Assembly (NCBI GenBank): GCA_045601905.1
Contig: JAZSAM010000040.1
Location: 1,910 to 65,909 of the forward strand
Reading direction: 5' to 3'
Source: Acutalibacteraceae bacterium
GTDB lineage: Bacteria; Bacillota; Clostridia; Oscillospirales; Acutalibacteraceae
Length of the DNA: 64,000 nucleotides
The notes below the pieces were generated by a model. It searched no databases. It was given only the letters and a program-made list of their open reading frames with translations, and was not told the DNA's origin. Position numbers and translations under genes: made by a program. Numbering within the stretch: position 1 is the stretch's first letter; each line of letters begins with the position of its first letter. This document shows positions 45,024-54,414 of the stretch, piece after piece.

Positions 45024-46250
45024 TTATGCGAATACTCTGATTGTTGTGATTACACTGACGCCTGTTGTGCTGAGTACCTTACGAAGCTGTCTTTCCTTCA
45101 TAACGGGAGTGATGAAGGCGATTTCGTTTTCGGGCTGATCGTTTCTCCAGAGGAAAACGACCTTGCCGAAAATTGACTTAAGTCTTCTGCAGGCCTCGGG
45201 CTTATCCATAACGGTGCATCTTACATAAAGTGCGGTTTCCTTCTCCGTGTACTCGGAAAGAATGTCTCCGTCGCTGTCCTTCCAGCCGAAGAACTTGCCG
45301 TTCTTATTGTCTGCACAGTCGATAATGTCTCCGACAACGGCAGAGGCTGTAGGCTCACTGCCTGCGCCCTTACCGTACATAAGAACCTCACCTGTCATAT
45401 CGCCGTCTGCAAGGCAGGCATTGTAAACATCGTTAACACCTGAAAGCATATTGCTCCTTTTGACAAGGCAGGGAGAAACCATTGCAAAAATCTTGCCGTC
45501 GGAAAGCTTTTCAGCTCTTGCAACAAGCTTGATTACACTGCCGTACTTTGCAGCATAGGCAACGTCGGCAAGAGTAACTCTTCTGATGCCTTCACAGTAA
45601 ACGCCTTCGGGGTAAAGGTGAGTTCCGAAGCAAAGAGATGCAAGAATACAGATTTTTCTCATTGCATCAATGCCGTCAACATCAGCTGAGGGATCCTTTT
45701 CAGCATAGCCGAGCCTCTGAGCCTCCTCAAGAGCCTCATCAAAGGATACACCCTCTGTTATCATTTTAGTAAGAATGTAATTTGTTGTTCCGTTGAGAAT
45801 ACCTGCAACCTTGCTTATATTATTACCTGCAAGGCAACGGCTTATAGGTCTGATTACGGGAATTCCGCCGCCTACTGCAGCCTCAAAGAAGAAATTGACA
45901 TTGTTCTTTCTTGCAATTTCAAGAAGCTCTGCACCCTTGCAGGCAACAAGCTCCTTGTTTGAGGAAACAACGTGCTTGCCCTTTTCAAGGCAGGTTTTTA
46001 CAAAACCGAAAGCAGGCTCAACTCCACCCATTGTTTCAACAACGATTTCAACAGTTTCATCGTTTGCGATATCATCGAAATTTTTTGTAATAATTGAACG
46101 GTATTCGCTCAAAGGGAAATCCCTTATATCAAGAATTCGTGTCACCTTGAATTCGTGTCCGGTTTTTTCAGTAACCGTTTTTGAATTTTCCTTAAGAACC
46201 TTAGCCACGCCGGAGCCGACAACTCCGTAACCGAGAATAGCAACGTTCAT
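45024..46250 (-). CDS. hom: homoserine dehydrogenase
   Basis: MNVAILGYGVVGSGV Rossmann N-terminus and a C-terminal ACT-like domain. Confidence 0.93.
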   Translation of the reverse strand: MNVAILGYGVVGSGVAKVLKENSKTVTEKTGHEFKVTRILDIRDFPLSEYRSIITKNFDDIANDETVEIVVETMGGVEPAFGFVKTCLEKGKHVVSSNKELVACKGAELLEIARKNNVNFFFEAAVGGGIPVIRPISRCLAGNNISKVAGILNGTTNYILTKMITEGVSFDEALEEAQRLGYAEKDPSADVDGIDAMRKICILASLCFGTHLYPEGVYCEGIRRVTLADVAYAAKYGSVIKLVARAEKLSDGKIFAMVSPCLVKRSNMLSGVNDVYNACLADGDMTGEVLMYGKGAGSEPTASAVVGDIIDCADNKNGKFFGWKDSDGDILSEYTEKETALYVRCTVMDKPEACRRLKSIFGKVVFLWRNDQPENEIAFITPVMKERQLRKVLSTTGVSVITTIRVFA

Positions 46251-46463
46251 TTTTTCACTACCTTTCTTAGCGTCCGTTTTATCCCCCTTGGTAACAGTCG
46301 CATATATACATTGTATATAATATCACATCCTGACGAATAATTAAAGTAGTTACGGCAAAAAAATTCAAATTTTTGTAAAAAAGTTTTGATTTTTTTCTTT
46401 TATATCGTTGATTTTAAGTATATATTAGGTTAATATATTAATTAAAGAAATGAGGTGTTATAT

Positions 46464-47681
46464 ATGACAGATGTTGAAAAAAAGAGAAAAACGATAATTA
46501 ATGTAATATATTATGTGATGCTCGCGGCAATTTTTTTCCTGATTATCAGATATGCAATGGGAGTATGCTTCCCGATTGTCTGTGCCTTTTTCATCGCAAC
46601 AATTCTCCAAAGGCCCAAAAACTTCCTTGTGAAGAAAACCTTTCTAAAAAAGGGAAGTGCCTCGGTTGTGGCTCTTTTCCTGATGATCTTTGTTGTGCTC
46701 TCCCTCTTCGTTCTTATCGGTGTAAGAGCAGTGCAGGAAATCAGTGGCTTTATTGATTATATAAGCGCACAGCTGCAGAACATTGATGTTGTTGTGACCA
46801 ACATCGAAAATGCTGTTCTCAGCTTCATTGACCGCCTTCCCGACTTTGTGGGTGAAACCCTTAACGAATCCGTCACCACAATTTTTGTTCAGCTTCGCGA
46901 ATACATCGCAGGTCAGAGCACAGACCTTACCGACAGCATAACCGGCACTCTCGGCGATTCCTTCAGCCTTTCCTGGATAACTACCCCCTTAAGCGGTGTT
47001 ATCTCAACTGCCAAGCAGATTCCCTCTATTCTCATTGCTGTTGTTATCACACTTGTTGCCTCCTGCTTTATGACCTCGGATTACGAAAGCATTCTCGGCT
47101 TCATAAAGCGCCAGTTCCCCGAGCATAAGCGTGACGACCTTACAAGATCAAAGGTTCTTCTCAAAAGCACCCTTACAAAAATGGCAAAGGCCTACGCACT
47201 TATCGTTTCCGTAACCTTCACGGAAATGTTCATCGGTCTTACCGTACTCAAGCTTTTCGGCATTTATTCCTCAAATTACGCAGTCATCATTGCCATCATC
47301 ACCGCAATTGTTGACATCATTCCCGTTCTCGGAACAGGTACAATCCTCATCCCCTGGGCAGCGTACAATCTCATTGTCGGAAACTACTCACTTGCAATCG
47401 GTCTTGCCGTAATCTATGCGGCAATCACCGTAATACGCCAGATCATCGAGCCGAAGCTTGTTGCAGGTCAGCTCGGACTTTCACCCGTTGTTACCATCTG
47501 CTCACTTTATCTCGGACTTAAGATTTTCGGTGTTCTCGGTATGATTATTTCCCCCATTCTTGTAACAATGCTCAAGGTGCTCAACGATGAGGGCATCATT
47601 CACCTCTGGAAATCATCCTCAAAGCTGCAGGAAAGCTTACCCGAAGGAAAAGAGGCACCAAGCGAAAAGAAAACCACATAA
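46464..47681 (+). CDS. ytvI: sporulation integral membrane protein YtvI (AI-2E/PerM family)
   Basis: Multi-TM AI-2E family architecture. ATG 46464 follows tgagg. Confidence 0.8.
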   Translation: MTDVEKKRKTIINVIYYVMLAAIFFLIIRYAMGVCFPIVCAFFIATILQRPKNFLVKKTFLKKGSASVVALFLMIFVVLSLFVLIGVRAVQEISGFIDYISAQLQNIDVVVTNIENAVLSFIDRLPDFVGETLNESVTTIFVQLREYIAGQSTDLTDSITGTLGDSFSLSWITTPLSGVISTAKQIPSILIAVVITLVASCFMTSDYESILGFIKRQFPEHKRDDLTRSKVLLKSTLTKMAKAYALIVSVTFTEMFIGLTVLKLFGIYSSNYAVIIAIITAIVDIIPVLGTGTILIPWAAYNLIVGNYSLAIGLAVIYAAITVIRQIIEPKLVAGQLGLSPVVTICSLYLGLKIFGVLGMIISPILVTMLKVLNDEGIIHLWKSSSKLQESLPEGKEAPSEKKTT

Positions 47682-47691
47682 AAAAAATAAC

Positions 47692-47780
47692 GGGGCTGTA
47701 AAAAAAGTGCAGACCGCATAAAACAAGATAACTAAAGGGTTTCTTTCGGCTTTGAATCGCCAAAGAAACCCTTTAATGTT
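47692..47780 (-). repeat. repeat family C copy 5 (truncated, about 90 bp of one end)
   Basis: GGGGCTGTAAAAAAAGTGCAGACCGCATAAAACAAGATAACTAAAGGGTTTCTTTCGG... matches the end of copy 4, and then similarity stops. Confidence 0.75.
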
Positions 47781-47799
47781 ATAAAAAACTCGTTCTTAC

Positions 47800-48663
47800 T
47801 TATTCAATACCCTTAAGAGCCTCAAGCTCTTTTTTGTTTACCTTGATTTGTGAATCCTTTATTGTTTTGACTTCTTTTCTGTGAACAAGGATGGGTGCGC
47901 CGTCGGGGTTTCTTTCAAGAGAAACCTTAAGCATACCCGTGAGGAGATTGTTGTCAACAACAGTTCCCTTGCCGTCCTTCGTTTCAACGATGGCACCGTT
48001 TTTTGGCGTTACTTTGAGAAGGTGCTCGTATGCCTCCTGCTCGTACTTAAGACAGCACATAAGTCTTCCGCAGGTACCGCTGATTTTGACGGGACTCAAG
48101 GAAAGGCTCTGCTCCTTTGCCATTTTGATTGAAACGGGCTGGAAATCCCCAAGGAAGGTGTTGCAGCAGAAGGGTCTGCCGCAGATGCCGAGACCGCCGA
48201 CCTTTTTGCTTTCGTCTCTTACACCGATCTGACGAAGCTCAATTCTTGTGCGGAAAACCGAAGCAAGGTCCTTCACAAGCTCACGGAAGTCAACTCTGCC
48301 GTCAGCGGTGAAGTAAAAGAGAATCTTGTTTCTGTCAAATGTGTATTCAACATCAACAAGCTTCATTTCGAGCTTGTGAGCCTCGATTTTTTTACTGCAT
48401 ACTTCAAAGGCGTTTTTTTCCTTTTCCTTGTTTTCGTTGACTGTTTCAATGTCCTTGCTGTTTGCAAGTCTTATGACGGGCTTTAAAGGTGAGGTGATTT
48501 CCTCGTCGTTGATTTCTCTGTTTGCAATTGTAACTGTGCCGAATTCGAGTCCTCTTGCTGTTTCGACGATTACATTGTCGCCTTTATTATATTTCTTACC
48601 CTTGGGATCAAAGTAGTAATTTTTGCCGACTTCTTTGAATCTGACTGAGATTACCTCTGCCAT
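47800..48663 (-). CDS. ricT: PSP1-domain protein RicT/YaaT
   Basis: VISVRFKEVGKNYYFDP and the CGRLMCCLKYE Cys cluster. Lies downstream of holB, as in Bacillus. Confidence 0.92.
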   Translation of the reverse strand: MAEVISVRFKEVGKNYYFDPKGKKYNKGDNVIVETARGLEFGTVTIANREINDEEITSPLKPVIRLANSKDIETVNENKEKEKNAFEVCSKKIEAHKLEMKLVDVEYTFDRNKILFYFTADGRVDFRELVKDLASVFRTRIELRQIGVRDESKKVGGLGICGRPFCCNTFLGDFQPVSIKMAKEQSLSLSPVKISGTCGRLMCCLKYEQEAYEHLLKVTPKNGAIVETKDGKGTVVDNNLLTGMLKVSLERNPDGAPILVHRKEVKTIKDSQIKVNKKELEALKGIE

Positions 48664-48694
48664 TATTTATATCATCCTTTCTTTGTGGATTGAG

Positions 48695-49576
48695 TTAATT
48701 TGATTTGATACCGTAGAACAAAGAGGAGAGTCTCGCTACGGTAAGATTGTGATTTGAGTTTGCCTTGCTGCAGCGGTAAAGCTCTCCTGTCGCATTGACA
48801 AGCTCGAGAATCTTTTTTGATGTAAGGCGGACTGAAAGCCTTTTTGCCGTTTCAGTAAAAGGAGTGGACATTTCCTTTACGCCCTGCTGAAGAACAATAC
48901 TGTCACGGAGAATGAGCGTCATACTCTGCAGACACAGTCTGAAAAGCTCCTTGTCCTTCTGGAAAACGGAAATTTTTCTGAGGAATTCAACCTCGCTTCC
49001 GTCCGCAACAAGCTTAAGAAGACTGTCGGCAAGGCTGTCAGCCTCCTCCTGCCTTGAGGATTTACTGCTTTTACTGTTGTCTGCGCCGAGACTGTAAAGA
49101 GTTGCCCGTGAAATGATCGTTTCAAGCAAGGACGATTTTGTTTCGCAACAGAGGATGAACAGCAGATGCTTTGCAGGCTCCTCAAAAAGCTTGAGAAAAG
49201 CATTCTGTGCCTGAATGTTCATGTGTTCGGCACCGTTTATTATAAAAACACTTTTGTTGCCGTCGTTAGGAAAAACCAAAGCCTTCTTTTTCAGCTCTCT
49301 TATAGGCTCAATTTTAATCATTGAGCTTTTTTCTTCTTTTTCGAGGACGTGAATGTCAGGGTGTGAGCCCGACTCAACCTTACGGCATTTGCTGCAGACA
49401 CCGCAGGGCTTGCTTTCACCCTCGCAAAGCACAGCCTTGGCAATTTCCCTCGCGGCAGAAAATCTCGTGTTTTCGTCACCGCCTTCGAGTATCAGGGCGT
49501 GAGAGAGCATACCTTTTTTTACAGCTCTTGTAATTGAAGAAGCAAAAGCTTCGGAAATTTCGAGACCTTCAAACAC
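48695..49576 (-). CDS. holB: DNA polymerase III delta' subunit
   Basis: HALILEG...CGVCSKCRKVESGSHPD zinc module. GTG start. Confidence 0.85.
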   Translation of the reverse strand: MFEGLEISEAFASSITRAVKKGMLSHALILEGGDENTRFSAAREIAKAVLCEGESKPCGVCSKCRKVESGSHPDIHVLEKEEKSSMIKIEPIRELKKKALVFPNDGNKSVFIINGAEHMNIQAQNAFLKLFEEPAKHLLFILCCETKSSLLETIISRATLYSLGADNSKSSKSSRQEEADSLADSLLKLVADGSEVEFLRKISVFQKDKELFRLCLQSMTLILRDSIVLQQGVKEMSTPFTETAKRLSVRLTSKKILELVNATGELYRCSKANSNHNLTVARLSSLFYGIKSN

Positions 49577-49650
49577 GTGCTTTCTTCCTTTCCTGATACA
49601 ATCTTAAATATTATACATTATAATGAGCATTTTTACAAGTACATTTAAGC

Positions 49651-49680
49651 AAAAAAATCCGCAACCCTATGAGGCTGCGG
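49651..49680 (-). terminator. rho-independent terminator
   Basis: The minus strand reads CCGCAGCC-tcatag-GGTTGCGG followed by ATTTTTTT. Confidence 0.8.
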
Positions 49681-49696
49681 AAGGCTTGTTTTTAAA

Positions 49697-49906
49697 TCAA
49701 AGGTTAAAGAAAGCCTTGAGTCTTTCGGTGCTGAATCCGTAGGACGGCTTTTTTTCCTTAGGCATCGGCATAACCGGGGAATTTTCCGGATAAGGTGCAA
49801 CGGTAAAGCCTTCGAGCAGAGGCTCGTCGTTGCTCGCTTTTTCTCCGCAAAGAGGGCAGAGGGTGTAGGTTTCTGCAAGGTCAACATTACATTTTCTGCA
49901 TCTCAT
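49697..49906 (-). CDS. small zinc-ribbon protein
   Basis: MRCRKCNVDL...CPLCGEK, with no following TM domain. The gene starts 1 nt after the upstream stop codon. Confidence 0.55.
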   Translation of the reverse strand: MRCRKCNVDLAETYTLCPLCGEKASNDEPLLEGFTVAPYPENSPVMPMPKEKKPSYGFSTERLKAFFNL

Positions 49907-49907
49907 T

Positions 49908-51170
49908 TTATTTTCCTCCGTTTCCGTGTGTGCTTTCGATTCTGATTCTCAGTCCACGCTCTGAAAGAACTCTGACACATTCCTTTGCCCAGGAAAGGTC
50001 GTGAGTGCAGGCTGAGAAGCAAAGGTTGAAAACTCCGTTGCAGCTAAGAGCTGAGCAGGTAGAAATGAGCCCGTAGCCGCTTGTGTCACCGTTAACGCCG
50101 TCAGCACGAAGCACCTCACCCTCGAGAACGGGTGAAAGCTCGCTGTTGCCGGTGTTTGTGAGAATAGTTGTGTTGTTTCCGTGAGATTTTTCCTGACGGC
50201 TTCTGACAACGGGAAGCTTGATGAAGTTGGGAACATATTTTATAACCTCATTGTTTGCCATTGAGCCGAAATTGTTGAGAATTTTCTGGAGCTCGGGAAC
50301 GGTGAGCCTTTTTTCAAGCTGTCCCTTAACCTTGTCGCAGACCTCATCAAAGGTCCAGTCCGTTTTTTCCTCGGGGAAGAAGTCGATTCTTGACTGAATC
50401 GTGAAATTGCGGATTGATTTAGTGGGGAAAAAGCGTCTGAGGTTTACCGGGATTGCAATTACAATCGGCTCACTGATGGGCACTTCTGCGTGACGGATTG
50501 TGCCGAGAATCAAAGCTGAAGCGAGGTATTCGGTGATGGTGAGACCTTTTTCCTTGGCTTTGCCGTGAAGCTCATCAACATCCATCATTGCAAAAACAAG
50601 CTGAAGGAAGCCTTCTTCAATTTCGCCCTTGATCTGGTAGGCGTGAAACTCCTCTTCAACATCCTTGCTGCCGCCTTTTACATAGTAATCATTGAAGGCG
50701 TTATTGATTTCTTCCTCTTCAAACTCAGTAGGGCAGTAGGGAGCGTCGGGGTTATTTTTAAGCTCGACATATCTTTCAACAAGTGCATTGAAGTAGGTAT
50801 TTACACCGAGACCGTCACCGAGGTAATGGGCACATTCGAGGCCAAGTCTCTTTTTATAGTAAACAATTCTGAAATCAGGTCTGCCGTCGTTTCGTATGGT
50901 AATGGGGAGAAGCTGTCTTGAAAACTCCTCTCTTATTTCGGGAAGAAGCTCTGTGCCTTCAAGGTAGTTCCAGAAAAATCCTTTTTTGATGCACGAGTGC
51001 ATGCTTGGAAATCTCGGCATAATGTCCCTTGCGGCCCTTTCAAGTATTTCCGGTTTTACTTCATCCTTCAGTATTACTGTCATGCGAAATGTTCTGCCCC
51101 ATTTTTTTGAGCTGAGGCTTGAAAACATAATCGAAGCAGTATCAACCTTCATCCAACGGTATTTTTTCAT
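49908..51170 (-). CDS. condensation/CAT-superfamily acyltransferase-like protein (HxxxDG)
   Basis: CAHYLGDGLG motif. Start moved to the ATG at 51170, after ggagaggtg. Resembles proteins annotated as alcohol acetyltransferase-like. Confidence 0.6.
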   Translation of the reverse strand: MKKYRWMKVDTASIMFSSLSSKKWGRTFRMTVILKDEVKPEILERAARDIMPRFPSMHSCIKKGFFWNYLEGTELLPEIREEFSRQLLPITIRNDGRPDFRIVYYKKRLGLECAHYLGDGLGVNTYFNALVERYVELKNNPDAPYCPTEFEEEEINNAFNDYYVKGGSKDVEEEFHAYQIKGEIEEGFLQLVFAMMDVDELHGKAKEKGLTITEYLASALILGTIRHAEVPISEPIVIAIPVNLRRFFPTKSIRNFTIQSRIDFFPEEKTDWTFDEVCDKVKGQLEKRLTVPELQKILNNFGSMANNEVIKYVPNFIKLPVVRSRQEKSHGNNTTILTNTGNSELSPVLEGEVLRADGVNGDTSGYGLISTCSALSCNGVFNLCFSACTHDLSWAKECVRVLSERGLRIRIESTHGNGGK

Positions 51171-51461
51171 AGCACCTCTCCTATAGTACAAAAAGTAGAT
51201 ATTTGTTTAATTTGGTATGAATGACATTTTATCATTTAAATGTAAAAGTGTCAACCAACAAAATTGTCATATGAGTTGCAATTGTAAAATAAACATTAGT
51301 GTTGGTCACCTTAATCAGATGATTTTAAAGTAAAACTGTTCTTTAAACGAAAAAAAGGTAAAAAAATATTAAAAAACCCAAAAAAGTTACAAAAACCTAT
51401 TGATATTTTGATTTTATATGTTAAAATGAGACTATAAATTTAAGAAAGGGGAGTTATTAGC

Positions 51462-51632
51462 ATGGCATATGTAATTAATGATGATTGCATCTCTTGCGGC
51501 GCTTGTGCAGACGGTTGCCCCGTAGGCGCTATCGCAGAAGGCGACAGCAAGTATGAAATCGACGCAGACAGCTGCATCGATTGCGGCGCTTGTGCTGACG
51601 GTTGTCCCGTAAGTGCTATCGCAGAAGGCTGA
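51462..51632 (+). CDS. 2x[4Fe-4S] ferredoxin (56 aa)
   Basis: MAYVINDDCISCGACADGCPV...CIDCGACADGCPV has two CxxCxxCxxxCP motifs. RBS aaagggga. Below the ORF-track cut-off. Confidence 0.92.
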   Translation: MAYVINDDCISCGACADGCPVGAIAEGDSKYEIDADSCIDCGACADGCPVSAIAEG

Positions 51633-51649
51633 TTTAGCTTATAAAAACG

Positions 51650-51678
51650 GCGGATGTGAAAAACATCCGCTTTTTTTT
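51650..51678. terminator. bidirectional terminator
   Basis: GCGGATGT-gaaaa-ACATCCGC followed by T8, which overlaps the rfbD stop codon. Confidence 0.8.
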
Positions 51679-52516
51679 ATTTTATGTTATTCAGATATTT
51701 TTCCACGGCATCCTCCCAGCGGGGGAGTCTTTCAAAGCCGTTTCTGTCAAGACAAGCCTTTGAAAGCCGTGAGTTTTTAGGCCTTTTTGCCTTTGTCGGA
51801 AAATCCTCACTTGCAACGGGGTTGACTCCGGTGTTTTTGCCCGCAAGCTCAAAGGTCTTTTTCGCAAGGTCGCACCAGGAGCAGAAGCCCTCGTTTGTGC
51901 CGTGGTAGGTGCCGTAGCTTTCGGTTTTTATCATTTCCGAAAGAAGTCTTGCAAGATCTTTTGAGTAAGTCGGTGAGCCGACCTGGTCATCGACGACATT
52001 CAGCTCATTTCTTGTTTCGGAAAGCCGGAGCATTGTAGCAATGAAATTGGTGTTCTTCTCTCCGAAAACCCAGGAGGTACGCACGATGAAGTAATTGCTG
52101 AGAATGCTTTTTACCGCCTCTTCACCCCTGAGCTTACTTAAGCCGTAGGTGTTAAGGGGGCCTTTTTTATCTTCCGGCTCAAAGGGGGAGTCACCGTTTC
52201 CCGGGAAAACATAATCTGTTGAAACATAGAGCATTTTAACACCGTGATTTTTGCAGGCACTTGCAAGGTTGTAGGTGCCCTTTTCGTTAACGGCAAAGCA
52301 GATTTCCTTTTCGTCCTCAGCCTTGTCAACGGCAACATAAGCTGCACAGTGAATGAGAGCATCAGCCTTGTTCTTTTCAAAAAAAGCATCAACTGCCTGT
52401 TTATCTGTAATGTCAAGCTCATCCTTATCGATACCGATAAAGTCTGTGCCTTCTTTTTTCAAAAGGTCGCAGACATCACCGCCGAGCTGACCCTTTGCTC
52501 CTGTAACAATAATCAT
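51677..52516 (-). CDS. rfbD: dTDP-4-dehydrorhamnose reductase
   Basis: MIIVTGAKGQLG Rossmann motif, STDYVF, and RmlD-like length. Confidence 0.92.
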   Translation of the reverse strand: MIIVTGAKGQLGGDVCDLLKKEGTDFIGIDKDELDITDKQAVDAFFEKNKADALIHCAAYVAVDKAEDEKEICFAVNEKGTYNLASACKNHGVKMLYVSTDYVFPGNGDSPFEPEDKKGPLNTYGLSKLRGEEAVKSILSNYFIVRTSWVFGEKNTNFIATMLRLSETRNELNVVDDQVGSPTYSKDLARLLSEMIKTESYGTYHGTNEGFCSWCDLAKKTFELAGKNTGVNPVASEDFPTKAKRPKNSRLSKACLDRNGFERLPRWEDAVEKYLNNIK

Positions 52517-52549
52517 AATATCACCTTATTGTAGCTGATTTTTGCATTT

Positions 52550-53095
52550 TTAAAAGTCAACATCGCTGTCACACAGAAGGGGAGCATTCATGTCCTTGAG
52601 TGAAAGCACGGGCTCTGTAACACCCCAGCTTACGCCGATTGCTTCGTCATCAAAGCGGATGCTTCTGTCGTGCTCCCTGCTGTAGTATTCGTCAACCTTG
52701 TAAAGCACCTCAACATCCTCGGTCAAGGTCACAAAGCCGTGACCGAAGCCCTTGGGAATAAAGAGCATAAGCTTGTTTTCCTCCGTAAGCTCAACGCTTG
52801 TCCATTTGAGATAATCCGGGGAATCCTTTCTCAGGTCAACGGCAACATCAAGGATTCTGCCTTTTGTGCAGGTGATGAGCTTTGACTGTGCCATTGGGCT
52901 TTTCTGAAAGTGGATGCCTCTTAAGGTGCCCTTTTCCTTTGAGTAGGAACGGTTATCCTGGACAAATCTGACGTCAATGCCGAGCTCCTTTAATTTTTCG
53001 TAGCTGTAGGATTCATAAAACCAGCCTCTGTTGTCGCCGAAAACCTGAGGCTCAACGATTTTTACATCGGCAAGGTCTGTATTGATAATTTTCAC
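52550..53095 (-). CDS. rfbC: dTDP-4-dehydrorhamnose 3,5-epimerase
   Basis: FGDNRGWFYE...LRGIHFQ...KGFGHGF. GTG start. Confidence 0.93.
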   Translation of the reverse strand: MKIINTDLADVKIVEPQVFGDNRGWFYESYSYEKLKELGIDVRFVQDNRSYSKEKGTLRGIHFQKSPMAQSKLITCTKGRILDVAVDLRKDSPDYLKWTSVELTEENKLMLFIPKGFGHGFVTLTEDVEVLYKVDEYYSREHDRSIRFDDEAIGVSWGVTEPVLSLKDMNAPLLCDSDVDF

Positions 53096-53223
53096 TGTAT
53101 CACTCCGTTTGGCTTATTTACTTCTAACATTATATCTTAAGCGGTTTTATTAGTCAAGGAATCCTTGACAAAGAAGCGGAAAATAATATAATTATACTAT
53201 ATCAGACAGAAAGGAGAGACCTT

Positions 53224-54414
53224 ATGGTTGCAGGTATCGTCTGTGAGTATAACCCTTTTCACAAGGGGCATCTTTATCAGCTTGAAAGAACGAAAAAGGC
53301 CGGTGCGGATTATATTATCTGTGTGATGAGCGGTAACTTTGTTCAGCGCGGTGAATGTGCCTTCCTCGATAAGTGGAAAAGGGCAGAAATTGCCGTAAAA
53401 AGCGGTGCTGATATTGTAATTGATCTGCCTGTTGCCTGGGCAGTCTCTTCGGCTGAAAGCTTTGCAAGGGGCAGTGTTTACCTTCTTAAGCAGGCAGGTG
53501 TTGACACACTTTCCTTCGGCAGTGAAACAGAAGACCGTGAAAATCTTCTCCTTGCCGCAGAAAGCACGGAAAACGAAAGGGTTCTTTCTCTTGTAAGAAA
53601 AAATATGTCTGACGGTAACAGTTATCCTCTTTCATTGTACGGGGCAGTTAAGGAAATTTACGGTGAAAAAGCGGCAGAAATTATTGCTTCGCCCAACAGT
53701 ACCCTTGCCGTTGAGTATATAAGACAGATAAAAAAGCAGGGCGGGATGGATTTTCAACCGATTAAAAGAAAGGGTGCTTCTCACGACAGTGAGGAAACCG
53801 AAGGTGAAATTCTCTCGGCATCGGCAATAAGAGCTTTACTTTCAGAAAAAGACAACACAGAGCCACTTTCATCTCTTAATGATGTTGGTGCTGAAGTTGT
53901 GAGAAAAGCCATTGACGAGGGGATCGCACCCTGCACGATGAAGCAAAACGAGAGGGCAGTTCTTTCTTCATTGAGACAGCTTACAAAAAATGAGCTTGAA
54001 AACTATACCGGCGACACCAAGGGGCTTGCTTCAAGAATCTATGACAGTCTTAAAGTCGCACGAAGCCTTGAGGAGCTTTACACGCTTTCTAAAAGCAAGA
54101 ACTACACTCATTCAAGAGTACGCCGTGAGGTGCTCAATGCTTTTCTCGGTATCGATAAGGAAATCTCCCTTTCAACGCCGCCTTATATGAGAATTCTTGC
54201 CGTAAATGAAAGGGGACGTGAGCTTCTTTATTCGGTAAAGAAAAATTCTGCAGTTCCTGTTGTGACAAAGCACTCGGAAATGCAGAATCTTGATTGTTTC
54301 TCAAAAAAGGTTTATGAGCTTCAATGCTCCTCTACGGACAAATTTGCTCTTTTTTCTCCTGAAGTGAGACCTTGCGGTCTTGAGCAGAAAAATTCACTTC
54401 TCATTATAAAATAA
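53224..54414 (+). CDS. tmcAL: tRNA(Met) cytidine acetate ligase (YlbM/UPF0348)
   Basis: GIVCEYNPFHKGHLYQ HIGH-like nucleotidyltransferase N-terminus. Confidence 0.85.
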   Translation: MVAGIVCEYNPFHKGHLYQLERTKKAGADYIICVMSGNFVQRGECAFLDKWKRAEIAVKSGADIVIDLPVAWAVSSAESFARGSVYLLKQAGVDTLSFGSETEDRENLLLAAESTENERVLSLVRKNMSDGNSYPLSLYGAVKEIYGEKAAEIIASPNSTLAVEYIRQIKKQGGMDFQPIKRKGASHDSEETEGEILSASAIRALLSEKDNTEPLSSLNDVGAEVVRKAIDEGIAPCTMKQNERAVLSSLRQLTKNELENYTGDTKGLASRIYDSLKVARSLEELYTLSKSKNYTHSRVRREVLNAFLGIDKEISLSTPPYMRILAVNERGRELLYSVKKNSAVPVVTKHSEMQNLDCFSKKVYELQCSSTDKFALFSPEVRPCGLEQKNSLLIIK

